Shown: in pieces, positions 1 to 12,880 of the stretch | Layout: each line of letters starts with the position of its first letter | How positions within the stretch are numbered: position 1 is the first letter of the stretch | Position numbers and translations under genes: made by a program | The notes under the pieces: generated by a model | What the model was told of the DNA's origin: nothing | The model's input: only the letters and a program-made list of their open reading frames with translations | Databases searched by the model: none | Assembly (NCBI GenBank): GCA_038087875.1 | Contig: CM075990.1 | Location: 124,001-188,000 of the forward strand | Direction: 5' to 3' | From: Malacoraja senta | Taxonomy: Eukaryota | Length of the DNA: 64,000 nt

Positions 1-1959
1 TATGTCTCTCAAAGTGGGAGACAAAATTCTCTGGGATAGAAGTTCCCATCTCTGCTGCTATAAGGGAGAGTGTGGGCATAAATGGAGGCTGCAGTGGATC
101 AAGGAAGTCAAAGGACATTGTAGGAGATCAATAACCAGAGACCAATTGGCCAGGAGAAGCCCAGGTGCATGTTGGAAGATTGATGGGTGTGGGTCAGGTG
201 GAGGGGTTGTCATGGGGAGGAGAGACTGTAGAGATGGGGACTCCAAAAGAAATGAAGCTACTGTTCAACAGAATGAAAGGCAAGTGGGTCAGAGACAGGA
301 AGACTGCCCGAGTGATACAAGGCATGAAGATGGCAACGTTAGCCCCCTCTGTCACTGTTTAATTATAAATCCTCCACCAGCTCCAACTTTTACCATTCAG
401 ACTAGTTTTCTCATTGCCATCTTTTTTGCCGTACATTGCTGTGCCAACACTTCCCCATCTTGGATGGGTTTTGTTGATGTAAATATATCATCATGTGGTG
501 ACAGACACTCACCAACAGGTGGCAAACCACTCACACAGCAAACCTCTCAGTAGGGATTTGGATGGGTTCCCCATGTCCTGCTCTGCCAGTTAACGTCATT
601 GTGCTTGATCTAGTTACAACCTCTACTCCACAGTCCGTCTCCCCACACTAACCTCTCCTCCCGTTCCTTACTTACGAGGAATCCATTTACCTGTGCCCAG
701 GAAATATTCAAAGGTTTGTTTCCATCCCTCTTTGAGGAAGAGCGTTTCAAAAACAATTTAACTTATTTTATTTTCCTGAAAGCGAAGGCTGCTCTCTCTT
801 TGTGGGTCTTTCACTTGCTTATTTAGAATAATTCTTTTGTTACATGATCAACGTCAAAAAGATTGATGGGACAAGATGCGAATTCTGGGCATCGACTTAC
901 TCAATATTGCAACAAATGATATCTATTGCCATATTTTCTTCCATATAGCCCCTGTTCTCTGATATCAAATCTTTCTCATTGGTAATTTATCTTCTTATAT
1001 ATTATTAGTAGGGGAAAATGTAGAGGAAATATATTTTGATCTATTTCTAGAAGTTTGTCTTTACAAATCTGGTTCTCAAATACCAGGGCTCCACTAAGAA
1101 GCTAACACTCTTGTTCGTCAATGACTAATACTTCCCTGGTATAAGGACAGTGTGCATCATCTCCTCTCCAGCACGCCCCATCTCCCCTTTTAAGATAATT
1201 GGTGCTGTCTTCAGTCTAAGCCTTCTCTCTCCTCTGCTCTGCCCTTTGCCCCAAACCTGGTTCTCTGCAAAGTTGGTTCTTGGTTCCTACTGACTTGCTA
1301 CACAAAGAGAAAAGGCAGGTACAAGACAACACGTGATAACATGGCTTTTGACTTGAATGTTTTTTCTCCATTATAAAATTACGTGAATCTTTTAGTGCAT
1401 TTGCTTTACATGGAGCTATTAACATTTTTAATCAATTTATGTTATTGTCAAATATTGTGTGTTGCTAACTTTTGATTCATGGTTAGTTAGTTAGTTCATC
1501 TACCCAGGGCACTTCTATAATTTTCTATCACTTCCATCAGTTCCTACTTTCCCAATATCTCCTTCCTCTGAACCCCAACGGACTCTGGCTATTACTGCCT
1601 ACCCTTCACTACATTAATGTATTTTCACTGTTCTCTCACTTTGCTTCCATCACTAACCCCACCTCATCCATCTCTCATTGTATCTGCCCCTGTCACAGCT
1701 TCTCCACTCTATTTTCCTTCTCTGTACTTTTCCTTCAGTCCAAGTTCATTCACCACAAACTTTCTAACCAAGTCCTTTGCATTTCATGGTGCAGCTTTAG
1801 AAGACTTTGGTAAGGCCGCATTTTATATATTGCACGCAGCTCTAATCACCCCATTACAGGAAGGATGTGGAAGGTCTGGATAGGATGCAGAGGAGGTTTA
1901 TCAGAATTATGCCTGAATTGGGGGGTTTTAGCTGTAGGGAATGGTTGAAAAGACTTGGA

Positions 1960-3660
1960 AATAGACACAAAATGCTGGAGTTAATCAGCGGGACAGGCAG
2001 CATCTCTGGAGAGATGGAATGGGTCAAGACCATTCTTCAGACAGATGTCAGGGGAGTGGGTGCTACAGAGATAAAATGTAGTCGGAGCAGTAAGACTGGT
2101 CAGAGAACTGGGAAGGGGGAGAGGATGGCGAGAGAGGGAAAGCAAGGGTTACGTGAAGTTAGAGCAGTCAATGTTGATAACGCTGGAGTGTACGCTACCC
2201 AAGTGAAATATGAGGTGCTGTTCCTCCAATTTGCATTGGGCCTCACTCTTACAATGGAGCAGGCCCAGGACAGAAACATCAGTGTGGGAATGGGAGGGGG
2301 AGTTAAAGTCCTCCATATAGCACCCTGGAGGGGTGAAGGAAAACACCGAATGCAAACCTCCACTGCCTTGTGGCTATTCCCTTATTCAGGAAAGGTGAAG
2401 ACTGGATCCGGCGGAATACACGGAGGAGACCACCATTTGGCGGTCCAACCGGTAGGAAGGTGGATGCAGCAAAGTGTCGTGGAGCGCAATTAGGGTACAA
2501 TGTTCATGCAGAACACTGGTGGCTATCCACTGCATCCTGAACTATCGCCAGCCGCCTTGACTATGTCTTGCCACTGGATCCAGATAGGCCGGGACGAGAG
2601 AGTGAGGCTGACGATTTGTGCAACTCTCCCTCACTTTAATCCTAGTCAAGCGCAAGTCATGACTTCAGGACCCGTACTGCCCAACTGGGTGAAGTAAGAT
2701 CACCACAGGAGCGCGTGCAGTTGCGAAGAAGCGCACCGCAGAAGCTCAGAGGAAACGCACCGCGCGCAAGGCTCGAGCTATTTCAACTTCTACTGCAGCA
2801 CCCACCCAACTGTGTCCCATATGCGGGCGAGCCTTCGGGACCCAGATCGGTCTCACCAGTCACCTCCAGACCCACAAACAAAAACACTGAAGTTAAGGTC
2901 TTCTTCGACTACGAAGGACAAACAACAACAAGATAAAGTGTTGAGCAACTGGGAGATCAGGTCGGTTTAGCAGGATTGAGCGGAGATATTCAGCAAAACG
3001 ATCGCCGAGCCTGCGCTTGGTCTCGCCAATATACAGGAGTTCACACCTGGAACAGCGGATACAGTAGATGAGGTTGGAGGAGGTGCGAGTGAACGTCTGC
3101 CTCACCTGAAAAGAATTGGACGGAGTCGAAGGGGGAGGTAAAGGGACAGGTGTTGCATCTCCTGCGGTTGCACAGGAAAGTACCTGGGGAGGGGGTGATT
3201 TGGGTATGAAGGGACGAGATGACCAGGGAGTTGCGGAGGGAACGATCTCTGCGGAAAGCGGAAAGGTGTGGAGATGGGAAAATGTGGCTAGTAGTGGGAG
3301 CCTGTTGGAGGTTGCGAAAATGTTGGAGGATTATGTGCTGTATGCGACGGCTGATGGGGTGGAAGGTGAGGACGGGGGACTCTATCCTTGCTACGAATGG
3401 GGGGAGGGGGAGCAAGAACAGAGGGGTGGGATATCGATGAGAACCCAGTGAGAGCCTCATCTATAATGGAAGAGGGGAACCCCTGTTCCCTAAAGAATGA
3501 GGACATCTCTCATGATCTGGTATGGTTCACCTCATCATGGGCGCAGATGTGACGTAGACGGAGAATTGAGAGTAGGGGATAGAGTCTTTACAGGAAGCAG
3601 AGGGGGAAGAAGTGTAGTCTAGAAAACTATGGGAGTCACTGGGTTTATAATAGATGTCAG
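1960..3660 (-). mobile_element. Penelope-like retroelement, degenerate 3' part (GIY-YIG endonuclease, C-terminus, terminal repeat), interrupted by an RTE-derived insert at 2310-2933
   Basis: Minus-strand frames give FREQGFPSSIIDEAL, CNRRRCNTCP, NLIYCIRCSRCELLYIGETKRRLGDRFAEYLRSI (GIY-YIG) and KLEEQHLIFHLG, with frameshifts. The terminal repeat lies at ~1960-2045. Confidence 0.9.
2310..2933 (+). mobile_element. Bipartite (internally deleted) non-autonomous RTE-clade retroposon
   Basis: TSD taaagt at 2304-2309 and 2934-2939. The 3' part encodes RKRTARKARA...CPICGRAFGTQIGLTSHLQTH (RTE C-terminal C2H2 finger), followed by the tail cgaaggacaaacaacaacaa. The 5' part is non-coding and RTE 5'UTR-like. 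Confidence 0.8.
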
Positions 3661-3792
3661 ATTCATAGGATCATACAGCACAGAAACATCCTATTGCCCC
3701 ATCGTATCCCTGTCATCTGGCAGTACTGAACTCATTTAACAGCACTTGGTCCATTGATTATTGATGGTTAATGAGATTGGTATAGATAGATT

Positions 3793-4052
3793 TATAGACA
3801 CAAAAAGCTGCAGTAACTCAGCGGGTCAGACTGCATCTCTGGAGAAAAGGATTAGGTGATGTTTCAGGCAGAGACCCTTCTTCAGACGGAGAGTCAAGGG
3901 AAAGGGAAACGAGAGATATAGACGATGAGATATGGACCCTTTCCCCTGACACCTATTCCTTCTCTCCAGAGATGCTGTCTGACCCGCTGAGTTACTCCAG
4001 CTTTTTGTGTCTATCTTTGGTTTAAACCAGCATCTGCAGTTCCATCCTACAC
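3793..4052. mobile_element. Fold-back (inverted pair) Penelope terminal-repeat insertion
   Basis: Inverted arms at ~3795-3860 and ~3950-4013. 11-bp TSD atagatagatt at 3782-3792 and 4053-4063. Confidence 0.8.
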
Positions 4053-4567
4053 ATAGATAGATTCCGGATGTCCTCTGAAGGTGTGTTAGCATTTGCATGA
4101 GTCACCTGCTTTGCCTTGTTATTTGGAGAGGAGATCTGCCTCACACACAAATAGTTCTATTAGGGATAATGCAACTTAATGTCAGCAGAAGATTCCTCTT
4201 CCCGAGTGGATGGCAGAGCAATCAGCTAAGAGCCAGCTAAGAGAGTTGCAGCAAAAGCAATTTGCAGCCAAGCTCCACCGACAGTGTGCCATCAAAGACA
4301 CCCAGCACAGGGTCTCCTTATTTATATTTCAGGTCTCCATTACTGAAATATTTTAGATATGTGTAAAGCATGAGCTTAGATTCCAAATTGGTATCCCGGC
4401 AAGCCGCGTGCGCCCGACTCGTTAACGGAACAACTGCACCGCGGACTTGAATCCGCCCGTGAGCCCAACTCACCTCCACAGGCCTCCTAGGAGGCTGTGG
4501 AAAAGCCGGGCAGCGGAACCTGCCTGGGCCGAATGGAGCTGCGATGGCAGTGGTGAGCCTTGCGGCT

Positions 4568-5088
4568 GTGGGGCCTCAGCGATGGTGGGGCCTCAGCGAT
4601 GGTGGGGCCTCAGCGATGGTGGGGCCTCAGCGATGGTGGGGCCTCAGTGATGGTGGGGCCTCAGCGATGGTGGGGCCTCGGCGATGGTGGGGCCTCGGCG
4701 ATGGTGGGGCCTCAGCGATGGTGGGGCCTCAGCGATGGTGGGGCCTCAGCGATGGTGGGGCCTCGGTGATGGTGGGGCCTCGGCGATGGTGGGGCCTCAG
4801 CGATGGTGGGGCCTCAGCGATGGTGGGGCCTCAGCGATGGTGGGGCCTCGGTGGCGGTTGGGCCTCAGCGATGGTGGGGCCTCAGCGATGGTGGGGCCTC
4901 AGCGATGGTGGGGCCTCAGCGATGGTGGGGCCTCAGCGATGGTGGGGCTTCGGTGGCAGTGGGGCCTCAGCGATGGTGGGGCCTCAGCGATGGTGGGGCC
5001 TCGGTGGCGGTTGGGCCTCGGCGATGGTGGGGCCTCAGCGATGGTGGGGCCTCGGTGGCGGTTGGGCCTCGGCGATGGTGGGGCCTCG
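4568..5088 (+). repeat. 17-bp GC-rich minisatellite (ggggcctcagcgatggt)n, about 30 copies
   Basis: Directly visible tandem array with variant units such as ggggcctcggtggcggt. Confidence 0.97.
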
Positions 5089-5700
5089 CTGGTTGACCCG
5101 CGGTCGACGGTTGATGACAGCCTGGGGAACCACTGTGAGAGGGGAGAACAATGCGGGGTAGGGGGAGGGAACAAAGGAGGAACCGGTGTAGCCAATATAG
5201 CATTCCATTCCATTCCAAATAATGCTCTCTCTCTTCAAATCCCAGTATGGATTCCCAGTGTCTGTACAGCACTGGTCAGGCTCAAAATAAAACTCCTTCC
5301 ACGCTCCTTCCAACCTTTCAAATACACTGAGGATCAATGCAACATTGGTTATATTCCAAACAGAAATACTCAATGTCCCATCAAACATTTCTAGGCCAGG
5401 GACAACATGGGTGGGGTCTAGAGTAAAGCTCTCATCTAACAGTTTTAGGACAGGTGGGGCAGGTTAGATGCAAAATAAACCACCCTCTGCTCCTCCAGTT
5501 AGCTCTCGTGGAGAGATGATCTAGAAGACACTTCTAGGCTGAGCCCTTTGGAGAAATACCAAGCTGCCTGTGAGAGGCATGCCCATTGATGAAACTTTCA
5601 TCAATATTGCATCAGATCTCGCTGAAGGAAGGACCAGGTTAAGTATAAAGGTTGCTTGGTGGCTCCCTTCCCTCTGGCTTAAAAAAATATGCTCAAGGAT

Positions 5701-6020
5701 CGGCCCGGTGGTGCAGCAGTGGAGTTGTTGCCTTGCAGCATTTACAGGGCCAGAGAACCCGGTTTGATCCTGACTACGGATGCTGTCTGTACGGAGTTTG
5801 TACATTCTCCCCGTGAGTTTTCTCCGAGAACTTCGCTTTCCTCCCACACTCCAAAGACGTAGAGGTTTTACGTTAATTGGTTTGGTATAAATGTAAAAAA
5901 ATGTCCCTTGTGTGTGTAGGATAGTGTTAATGTGCGGGGATCATTGGTCAGTTGCGGACTCCTTGGGCTGAAGGGCCTGTATCTGCTGCATCTCTAAACT
6001 AAACTAAAACTAAACTAAAC
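5701..6020 (+). mobile_element. HE1/V-SINE (tRNA-derived elasmobranch SINE)
   Basis: tRNA-like head with A/B boxes, V-core (gctgtctgtacggagtttgtac...cctcccacactccaaagac), and (aaact)n tail. Confidence 0.9.
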
Positions 6021-6130
6021 AAAAAATCTGTAGCCAGTGCACACCTTAATTAATATTGCTTCTATTAACTAAATATCCTAGTCCCGAAACATGGAACTGC
6101 TCTGTACAAATAAACTGTTAGAAAATCCAA

Positions 6131-6316
6131 GATATAGAAACAAGGAAATGCAGATGCTGGTTTATAGCAAAGAAAGACACAAAATTGCTGGTATAACTTG
6201 CCAGGTCAGGCAGCATCCCTGGAGAATGGTCTGGAGAAGGGTCTCGACCCAAAACATCACCCATCCTTTTTCTCCAGAGAGTTGAGTTGCTCCAGCACTT
6301 ATGTGTCTTTCTTCAC
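6131..6316. mobile_element. Fold-back Penelope terminal-repeat insertion (degenerate)
   Basis: Inverted partial copies of the terminal repeat. 10-bp TSD gaaaatccaa at 6121-6130 and 6317-6326. Confidence 0.7.
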
Positions 6317-6329
6317 GAAAATCCAAACC

Positions 6330-6890
6330 TAGATGTCAATATCATCTACAACTTGGCCTGAACCAACCACATTGAAGCTATGGCCAAGAAGGTACACCTT
6401 GCTCTTCAGAAGACAAAGGAAGTTTGGCATGTCTCCAAAGACTTACCAATTACTACAGACACACAGTTGAAAGTACGTTGAAAGAATGTTTCACAGGTTG
6501 GTTTAGCTACAGTTCTACCCAAGATCAAGTCGTGGATGTAGTCCAGTCCATCACACAGACTTGCCTCCCCACCATAGACTCCATCTACATGTAACCCCAG
6601 GAAAGCAGCCAACAAAATTAAGGACCTTTTCCATCCTAGCCATTCTCTCTTCTCCATCACCCAGTGAGCAGAAGAATCAAAGATGAAAAGCAAGTATTAC
6701 CAGATTCAGGAACAGCTTCTTTCCTGCTATTATCAGACTAGGGAATGGGCCAACCTTAAACTAGGGAATAGTCCTGATCTTTCAATGTTCCTCATTGCAG
6801 ATCTCGGACTTTCTCTTTGTAACTGTTAAGCTATAATACTGCAACACTATATTCCGCACTCTGGTATTTTTCATGTTGCATTATCTGTTA
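6330..6890 (+). mobile_element. Rex1/Babar-like LINE 3' remnant (continues at ~7885-8005)
   Basis: Degenerate match to the other Rex1 3' copies at 8690-9530 and 13445-13985. Confidence 0.65.
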
Positions 6891-6892
6891 TA

Positions 6893-7885
6893 GTCTAGAG
6901 ATACCATGCGGAAACAGGCTCTTCGGCCCACCAAATATGCACCGACCAGCGATCTCCTCACATTAACACTATCGTACGCACACTAGGGACAATTTTTGTT
7001 ACATTTATATCAAGCCAATTAACCTACAAACATGTATATCTTTGGAGTGTGGGAGGAAACCGAAGTTCTCGGAGAAACCCCATGCAGGTCACGGGAAGAA
7101 TGTATAAACTCCATACAGAGAGCACCTGTAACCAGGATCAAATTCGGGTCCCTGGCGCTGTGAGTGCTGTAAGGCAACAACTACAGCAGGCAGTGAAGAA
7201 AGCTAATGGAATGTTGACCTTCATAACAAGAGGATTTCAGTATAGGAGTAAAGAGGTTCTTCTGCAGTTGTATAGGGCTCTGGTGAGACCACATCTGGAG
7301 TATTGTGTACAGTTTTGGTCTCCTAATTTGAGGAAGGACATCCTTGTGATTGAGGCAGTGCAGCGTAGGTTCACGAGATTGATCCCTGGGATGGCGGGAC
7401 TGTCATATGAGAAAAGATTGAAAAGACTAGGCTTGTATTCACTGGAGTTTAGAAGGATGAGGGGCGATCTTATAGAAACATATAACATTATAAAAGGACT
7501 GGACGAGCTAGATGCAGGAAAAATGTTCCCAATGTTGGGCGAGTCCAGAACCAGGGGCCACAGTCTTAGAATAAAGGGGAGGCCATTTAAGACTGAGGTG
7601 AGATAAAACGTTTTCACCCAGAGAGTTGTGAATTTGTGGAATTCCCTGCCACAGAGGGCAGTGGAGGCCAAGTCACTGGATGGATTTAAGAGAGAGTTAG
7701 ATAGAGCTCTAGGGGCTAGTGGTGTCAAGGGATATGGGGAGAAGGCAGCATGGGTTATTGATTGGGGACGATCAGCCATGATCACAATGAATAGAGGTGC
7801 TGGCACGAAGGGCCGAATGGCCTCCTCCTGTACCTATTTTCTATGTTTCTATGTAACTCTACCGCTACGCAACCGTTCCACCCAG
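6893..7885 (-). mobile_element. HE1/V-SINE split by a CR1 fragment
   Basis: Reverse-complement SINE at 6893-7182 and its head at 7855-7885. Confidence 0.85.
7183..7854 (+). mobile_element. CR1/HER1 LINE 3' fragment
   Basis: QQAVKKANGML...RPHLEYCVQFWSP...RMRGDLIETY. Tail (ttctatgt)n. aact repeat at 7179-7182 and 7855-7858. Confidence 0.95.
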
Positions 7886-8689
7886 TAGTGCATGGCTTGC
7901 TTGTACTCGTGTATAGTATGATTTGATTTGACTGGATGGTAAGCAATAAAAAGCTTTTCACTATATCTTGTGACGCATCACAATAATAAACCAATACCTA
8001 TACCAAATACATTTTTTGAAAAAATGGTGATCATGTGAAAAATTATTGCCAGTCCTTGGATATCAGTACAGTATGGCCTTGCTCGTCATTATTGAAGGGT
8101 GCCTATTGCCATGATGACTAGTCAGACAATTTAGGGTTTATATCGTAACAATGAAGCTTTTGTATGGGTGAATGATTTTGATACAAGATTGGAGGGTGCC
8201 TAGCAGGGCAATATTGCCCTTGAATTTTTCAAATGTAGGTTTGATTATATTAGATCAGATCAGATTAGTTTATTGTCATATACATCAAGGTGCAAATAAA
8301 TTTCTTGTTCACATGAACCTCGCTGAGTAAACAATATACATTTATAAGTGATAGGAGCAGAATTAGGCCATTCGGCCCATCAAGTATACTCCGCCATTCA
8401 ATCATGGCTGATCTATCTCTCCCTCCTAATCCCATTCTCCTGCCTTCTCCCCATAACCCCTGACACCTGTACTACTGACTTACTCCAGCATTTGGTATCT
8501 ACCTTCCCAGTCATTCCTTTTTCTCCCTGCTATGGGCATTCAAACATGTGAAATCAATGTATAATGACACTTCACAATGATTGACAAAACTGATCGCAGT
8601 TACCATGGTTAAATGCCTTAGCCTTTTATAATATGTAGCCTTTTATTTTCCACTGAGCTAAGCTCAAAATGTATGTAAAGGGAAATACA

Positions 8690-9530
8690 TGAATACAATC
8701 AAACCATCCATGGAGCACAGATAAAGGTACAGTGTTTAGTGCCAGATTGCACATTGAGGTCTGATAACATCTGATTAAAGATAGTTCAAAGGCCTCCGAT
8801 TAGGTAGATTGGAGGTCAGGACCCGCTCCAGCTGATGAGAGGACCGTTCAGTTGCCTAATAACAGCTGGGGAGAAGCAGCTCTTGAATCTGAAGGTATGT
8901 GTTTTCCAACTTCTGTACCTCTTGCCTGATGGGAGAGGGGAGAATAGGGAGTGGCCATGGTGAGACTGGTCCTTGCTTATGCAGGCGGCTTTGCTGAGGC
9001 AGATGAAGTGTAATGGAGTCAGTGGAAGGGAGGTTGGTTTGTGTGATGGTCTGGACCATGTCCACAACTATCTGCAATTTCTTGGGGTCTTAGATGGAGC
9101 TATTCCCAAACCAGGTTGTGATGTATTGCAATTCTATGGTGGATCTGTAGAAGTTGGTGAGGGTTGATGTGGATCTGTAGAAGTTGGTGAGGGTTGATGG
9201 GGAAATGCCAACCAATTTAAGCCTTCTACAGAAGTAGAGGCGTTGGTGTGCTTTCTTGGCCATTGCTTCAATGTGGCTAGTCCAGGACAACTTGCTGGTG
9301 ATATTCATTCCTAGGAACTTGAAACTTTGACTATCTCTACTTCAGCGCCATCAATGCAGACTGGGGTGTGTGTACTGCTTTGTTTCCCGAAGTCAATCAC
9401 AATCTGCTTTGTCTTGCTTGCATTCTGGAAGAGGTTATTGTCTTGGCGTCAAGTTACAAGGTTCGCTATCTCCTTTCTGGACTCTGTTTTGTCATTATTC
9501 GATATCCAGCCCACTATGGTGGTATCGTCT
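8690..9530 (-). mobile_element. Rex1/Babar-like LINE 3' fragment
   Basis: KLSWTSHIEAMAKKAHQRLYFCRRLK...TLTNFYRSTIE and LPSGKRYRS. 30-bp internal tandem duplication at ~9139-9198. Confidence 0.85.
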
Positions 9531-9607
9531 GAGAGGGCAACATGAAGTTCCATCGGCAACCATCGAATCCCTCACACTTAGCACTATCGCACACTAAATG
9601 TGCATTT

Positions 9608-9848
9608 TAGTGTGAGGGGATTGCTGGTTGGCACGGACTAAGTGGGCCAAAGGGCCTGTTTCCACACTGCATCTCTAAACTAAACTAAAGTGTACTCGGG
9701 GCAAGCCAATTAACCTACAAACCTGTAGGTTTTTGGTGTGCGGGAGAAAACCAGAGCTCCCGGAGAAAACACACACAGAATACGGGGATAAAGTGCAAAC
9801 TCTGGTGCTGTAAGGCATCAATTCTACAGCTACACCATGGTGTCGCCC
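9608..9848. mobile_element. Two partial HE1 SINE pieces in opposite orientation
   Basis: 3' tail on + at 9608-9689; deleted 5' half on - at ~9701-9848. Confidence 0.7.
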
Positions 9849-10371
9849 AAATTTAGTTTAACACTATTTATGTATTTCCTCTCTCACTCCCTTCCCAGCT
9901 TGTTTACTTTCTTTCATTGACCATTTTATCCCAATTTCTTCCCACACTCTCTGCCAAGCCGGTGTTTTTCATTCTTTCTCTCTCTCCCAGAATTTGATTC
10001 TCACCCTCGCAATTTGTGCTTCTTTGTGAATCTCCCTTTCTCCCAATCAGTGCTCTCATACTCCTACTCCCCCTTTCACTTGATGTGTTTCTTCTCTCCC
10101 AGTTTATGACTGACGTAACTCTGTAAAAATTAATTAAAAAATAAACACTTTATCTCTGATGTAAAATAGTAAGATTACCCTTGCCGTAATGTTACAAGTG
10201 TCTACATGGGTTTCCTAACCTTCATATGCATGGGTTTCCTGACTCAAATCTTGCCTTCCCCCCCATTTCCAGATTCTCTAATTAATCCTCTTTAGTATTA
10301 ATCATCTTTAATTTCTTCAAGACCGATTTCCGTATTACTTAAAAACAATCCATAAAATGCTATCCTGACAA

Positions 10372-10500
10372 TCTGAAGAAGGGTCTCAACCTGAAATGAC
10401 ACCCATTCCTTCTCTCCAGAGATGCTGACTTTCCCACTGAGTTACTCCAGCATTTTGTGTCTATTTTCGATGTAAACCAGCATCTGCAGTTCCTTCCCAC
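10372..10500 (+). mobile_element. Solo Penelope terminal repeat
   Basis: tctgaagaagggtctcaacctgaaa...ccagcatctgcagttcc. Confidence 0.8.
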
Positions 10501-11139
10501 ACCACGTAATTTAACTCTTGTACTGCAGATGCTGCTTTGGCAAATTTGCTCAGCACTCCCTCTAAGACCAATATATCTTTCTTAAGGTGAGCCACCCAAC
10601 CCTACAGTTATAGTGCAGGTGTTCTCTGACCAGGTACTTTCTTCTTGCACGCTTGATCGGTAACTATTAGCCTGCAGTACGCAAGGTTTTATTAAGATTT
10701 CAAGCATCTTTTGTCAAATGGAAAATGTTGAGGAATCTCGGCAACCTAATTGCATTTCAGAGCAGTGAGAAATGGTTGCAGTGCAGAAAATGGAGTTAAT
10801 TAAATTTTATTTTCTCTGGGAAAATTAATAGGAATTCAAATGGCCACATGGCAATTCTTCACAGCTGGAGCTGATTAACGGGACATTGGTTCTTTTGATA
10901 GCAATTAGCCAAAGTGACTGTTCTAGGAACAGAGCAACTAATTTCAAATGTGATTAATATGCATGTTTAAGATAGAGGAAGACTATTGATGGTTTAAATT
11001 ATTCTGAGCTTGTGAAAATTGGTGGTGAAGAATCTGTTGTTGTCCATGATTTATAAACCTTTTGTCAACACGATTTTGCCTCCCTGTTTTTCCTTATTAA
11101 CATGTTGTATTACATACAAGAATATGTAAGGAATGTACA

Positions 11140-12070
11140 ATTGCAGATGGCGAGGATGGTCACCGTAAAATTGCAGCAGGATCTTGGTCAGTTGAGCAGG
11201 TGGGCTGTGGAATGGTTCATCGACTTAATTGCGAGGTGTTGCATTTTGAGAAGTCAAACCAGACCAGGATTTTCACAGTGAATGGCAGGGCTTTGGGGAC
11301 TGTTTTAGAGCAAAGAAATCTGAGAGTGCAGGTACATAGTTCCTTGAAAGTGACATCACAGGTAGATAGGGTGGCAAGAGGGCTTTTGGCACATTGGCCT
11401 TCATCAGTCAGATATTGAGTGTAAAAGTTGGGAGGTCATGTTACAGTTGTCCAAGACATTAGTGAGGCTACATTCTGAAGAAGGGTTTCGGCCCGAAACG
11501 TTGCTTATTTCCTTCGCTCCATAGATGCTGCTGCAGCCGCTGAGTTTCTCCAGCATTTTTGTGTACCTTCGATTTTCCAGCATCTGCAGTTCCTTCTTTA
11601 ATACATTTAGAGTATTGTGTTCGGTTTTGGTTACCATTTGATAGGAAAGATGTTGTCAAGCTGGAAAAAGTGCAGAGAAGAATTACATGGATGTTGCCAG
11701 AACACGCGGGCCATGTGAACATGTGTAAGATCATGAGGGGAATAGACAGGGTAAATGCACAGAATGTTTTACCCTGAATAAGGAATCAAGAACCAGAGGA
11801 CATACTGTAGGTTTAAAGTGAGAGGGGAAAAAGTTAATTGTTACCTGAGGGGCAACCTTTTTTTTGCAGAGATGGTGGTATTATGCAATGAGCTGCCAAT
11901 GGGGGTACTTGTGGCAGGTGCTATTCTAACAGTAATTTAAAAGACACTTGATCAGGTACATAGATGGGATAGGTTTAGAGGGATGTGGGTCAAATGCAGG
12001 CAGGTGGGACTAATGTAGATGGGGATTCTTGGGTGGCGTTGGCAAGTTGGGCGGAAGGGCCTTTTTCCAT
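11140..12070 (+). mobile_element. Degenerate CR1 3' fragment carrying a Penelope terminal repeat at 11475-11601
   Basis: NCEVLHF, HLEYCVRFW and KLEKVQRR motifs. The insert is flanked by TSD tacatt (11469-11474 and 11602-11607). Confidence 0.85.
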
Positions 12071-12699
12071 AGATGGGCACAATAAGCTGGTGTAACAGCG
12101 GGTCATACACTATCTCTGGAGAAAAGGAATAGGTGACGTTTCCGGTCGAGACCCTTCTTCAGGATTATTTCCGTGCTGTATAACTCTATGACTCGAATAA
12201 TCAGGCTGCCAGTAATCCAAAACTTTCACCTGAAGTGGAACAGCAATTGTTCCATTTGCATGGTCCATCTGACCTTTTCTCACTTGATGAGTTCATTCAA
12301 CCCCTACGACTGTGTCTCACAGCAAGAAAGAGAGGATATTCACACTGTCATTCCTGCAGCTCCTCTCAGCATGGGCCCCCACGTCAGCCAGCACAAGGGT
12401 GAGGTCTGCACTGAACCATCCAGGAAAAGCCAGACATCCTACCGCCAGAGTGGTTCGAAGGTGTTGAAAGTGAGCTGTGCTTAGTAACATCTTGGCCCAG
12501 TTAACTGGAAAACCCACGAATCATACCTTTTGGTCATGATTTGGTTAAAGGAGCTCAGAGAAACACTGCAGAGAATTCCACATCCGCTGCCAGCTCTGCT
12601 CTCAGCCAACTGAACCTTGTGTGCTGGGAAATTGAGATGAGATGAGAGACTTTTATTGTCACGTGACAAGTCACAGTGAGATGCTTTGTTTTGTTCCCC

Positions 12700-12880
12700 C
12701 CATCCCCTCTCCCCTTAGTTCTCGACACAACCCCCCCTCATCTACCCCCCCTCCTCCACCCCCCCTCCTCCACCCCCCCTCCTCCACCCCCCCTCCACCA
12801 ACCACCCCCCCCCCTCCTCCACCCCCCCTCCTCCACCCCCACCCTCCCCCCCCTCTCCTCCACCCTCCCCCTCCCCCCAA
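12700..12880. repeat. C-rich low-complexity tract (G4-prone on the minus strand)
   Basis: (cctccacccccc)-like units. Confidence 0.9.

Noticed and set aside
2..553. 183-aa ORF at the window start
   Set aside because: No domain or motif recognised and no splice support.
4210..4357. Short ORF MAEQSAKSQLRELQQKQFAAKLHR
   Set aside because: No recognisable homology; length compatible with chance.
4447..5394. Long repetitive ORFs (MVGPQRWWGLSDGGASA)n
   Set aside because: Artefact of a nearly stop-free 17-bp minisatellite that is open in several frames.
12529..12623. Possible minus-strand exon (ttcccag|CAC...AAAG|gtatga)
   Set aside because: Splice-like ends, but no recognisable peptide and no partner exons.
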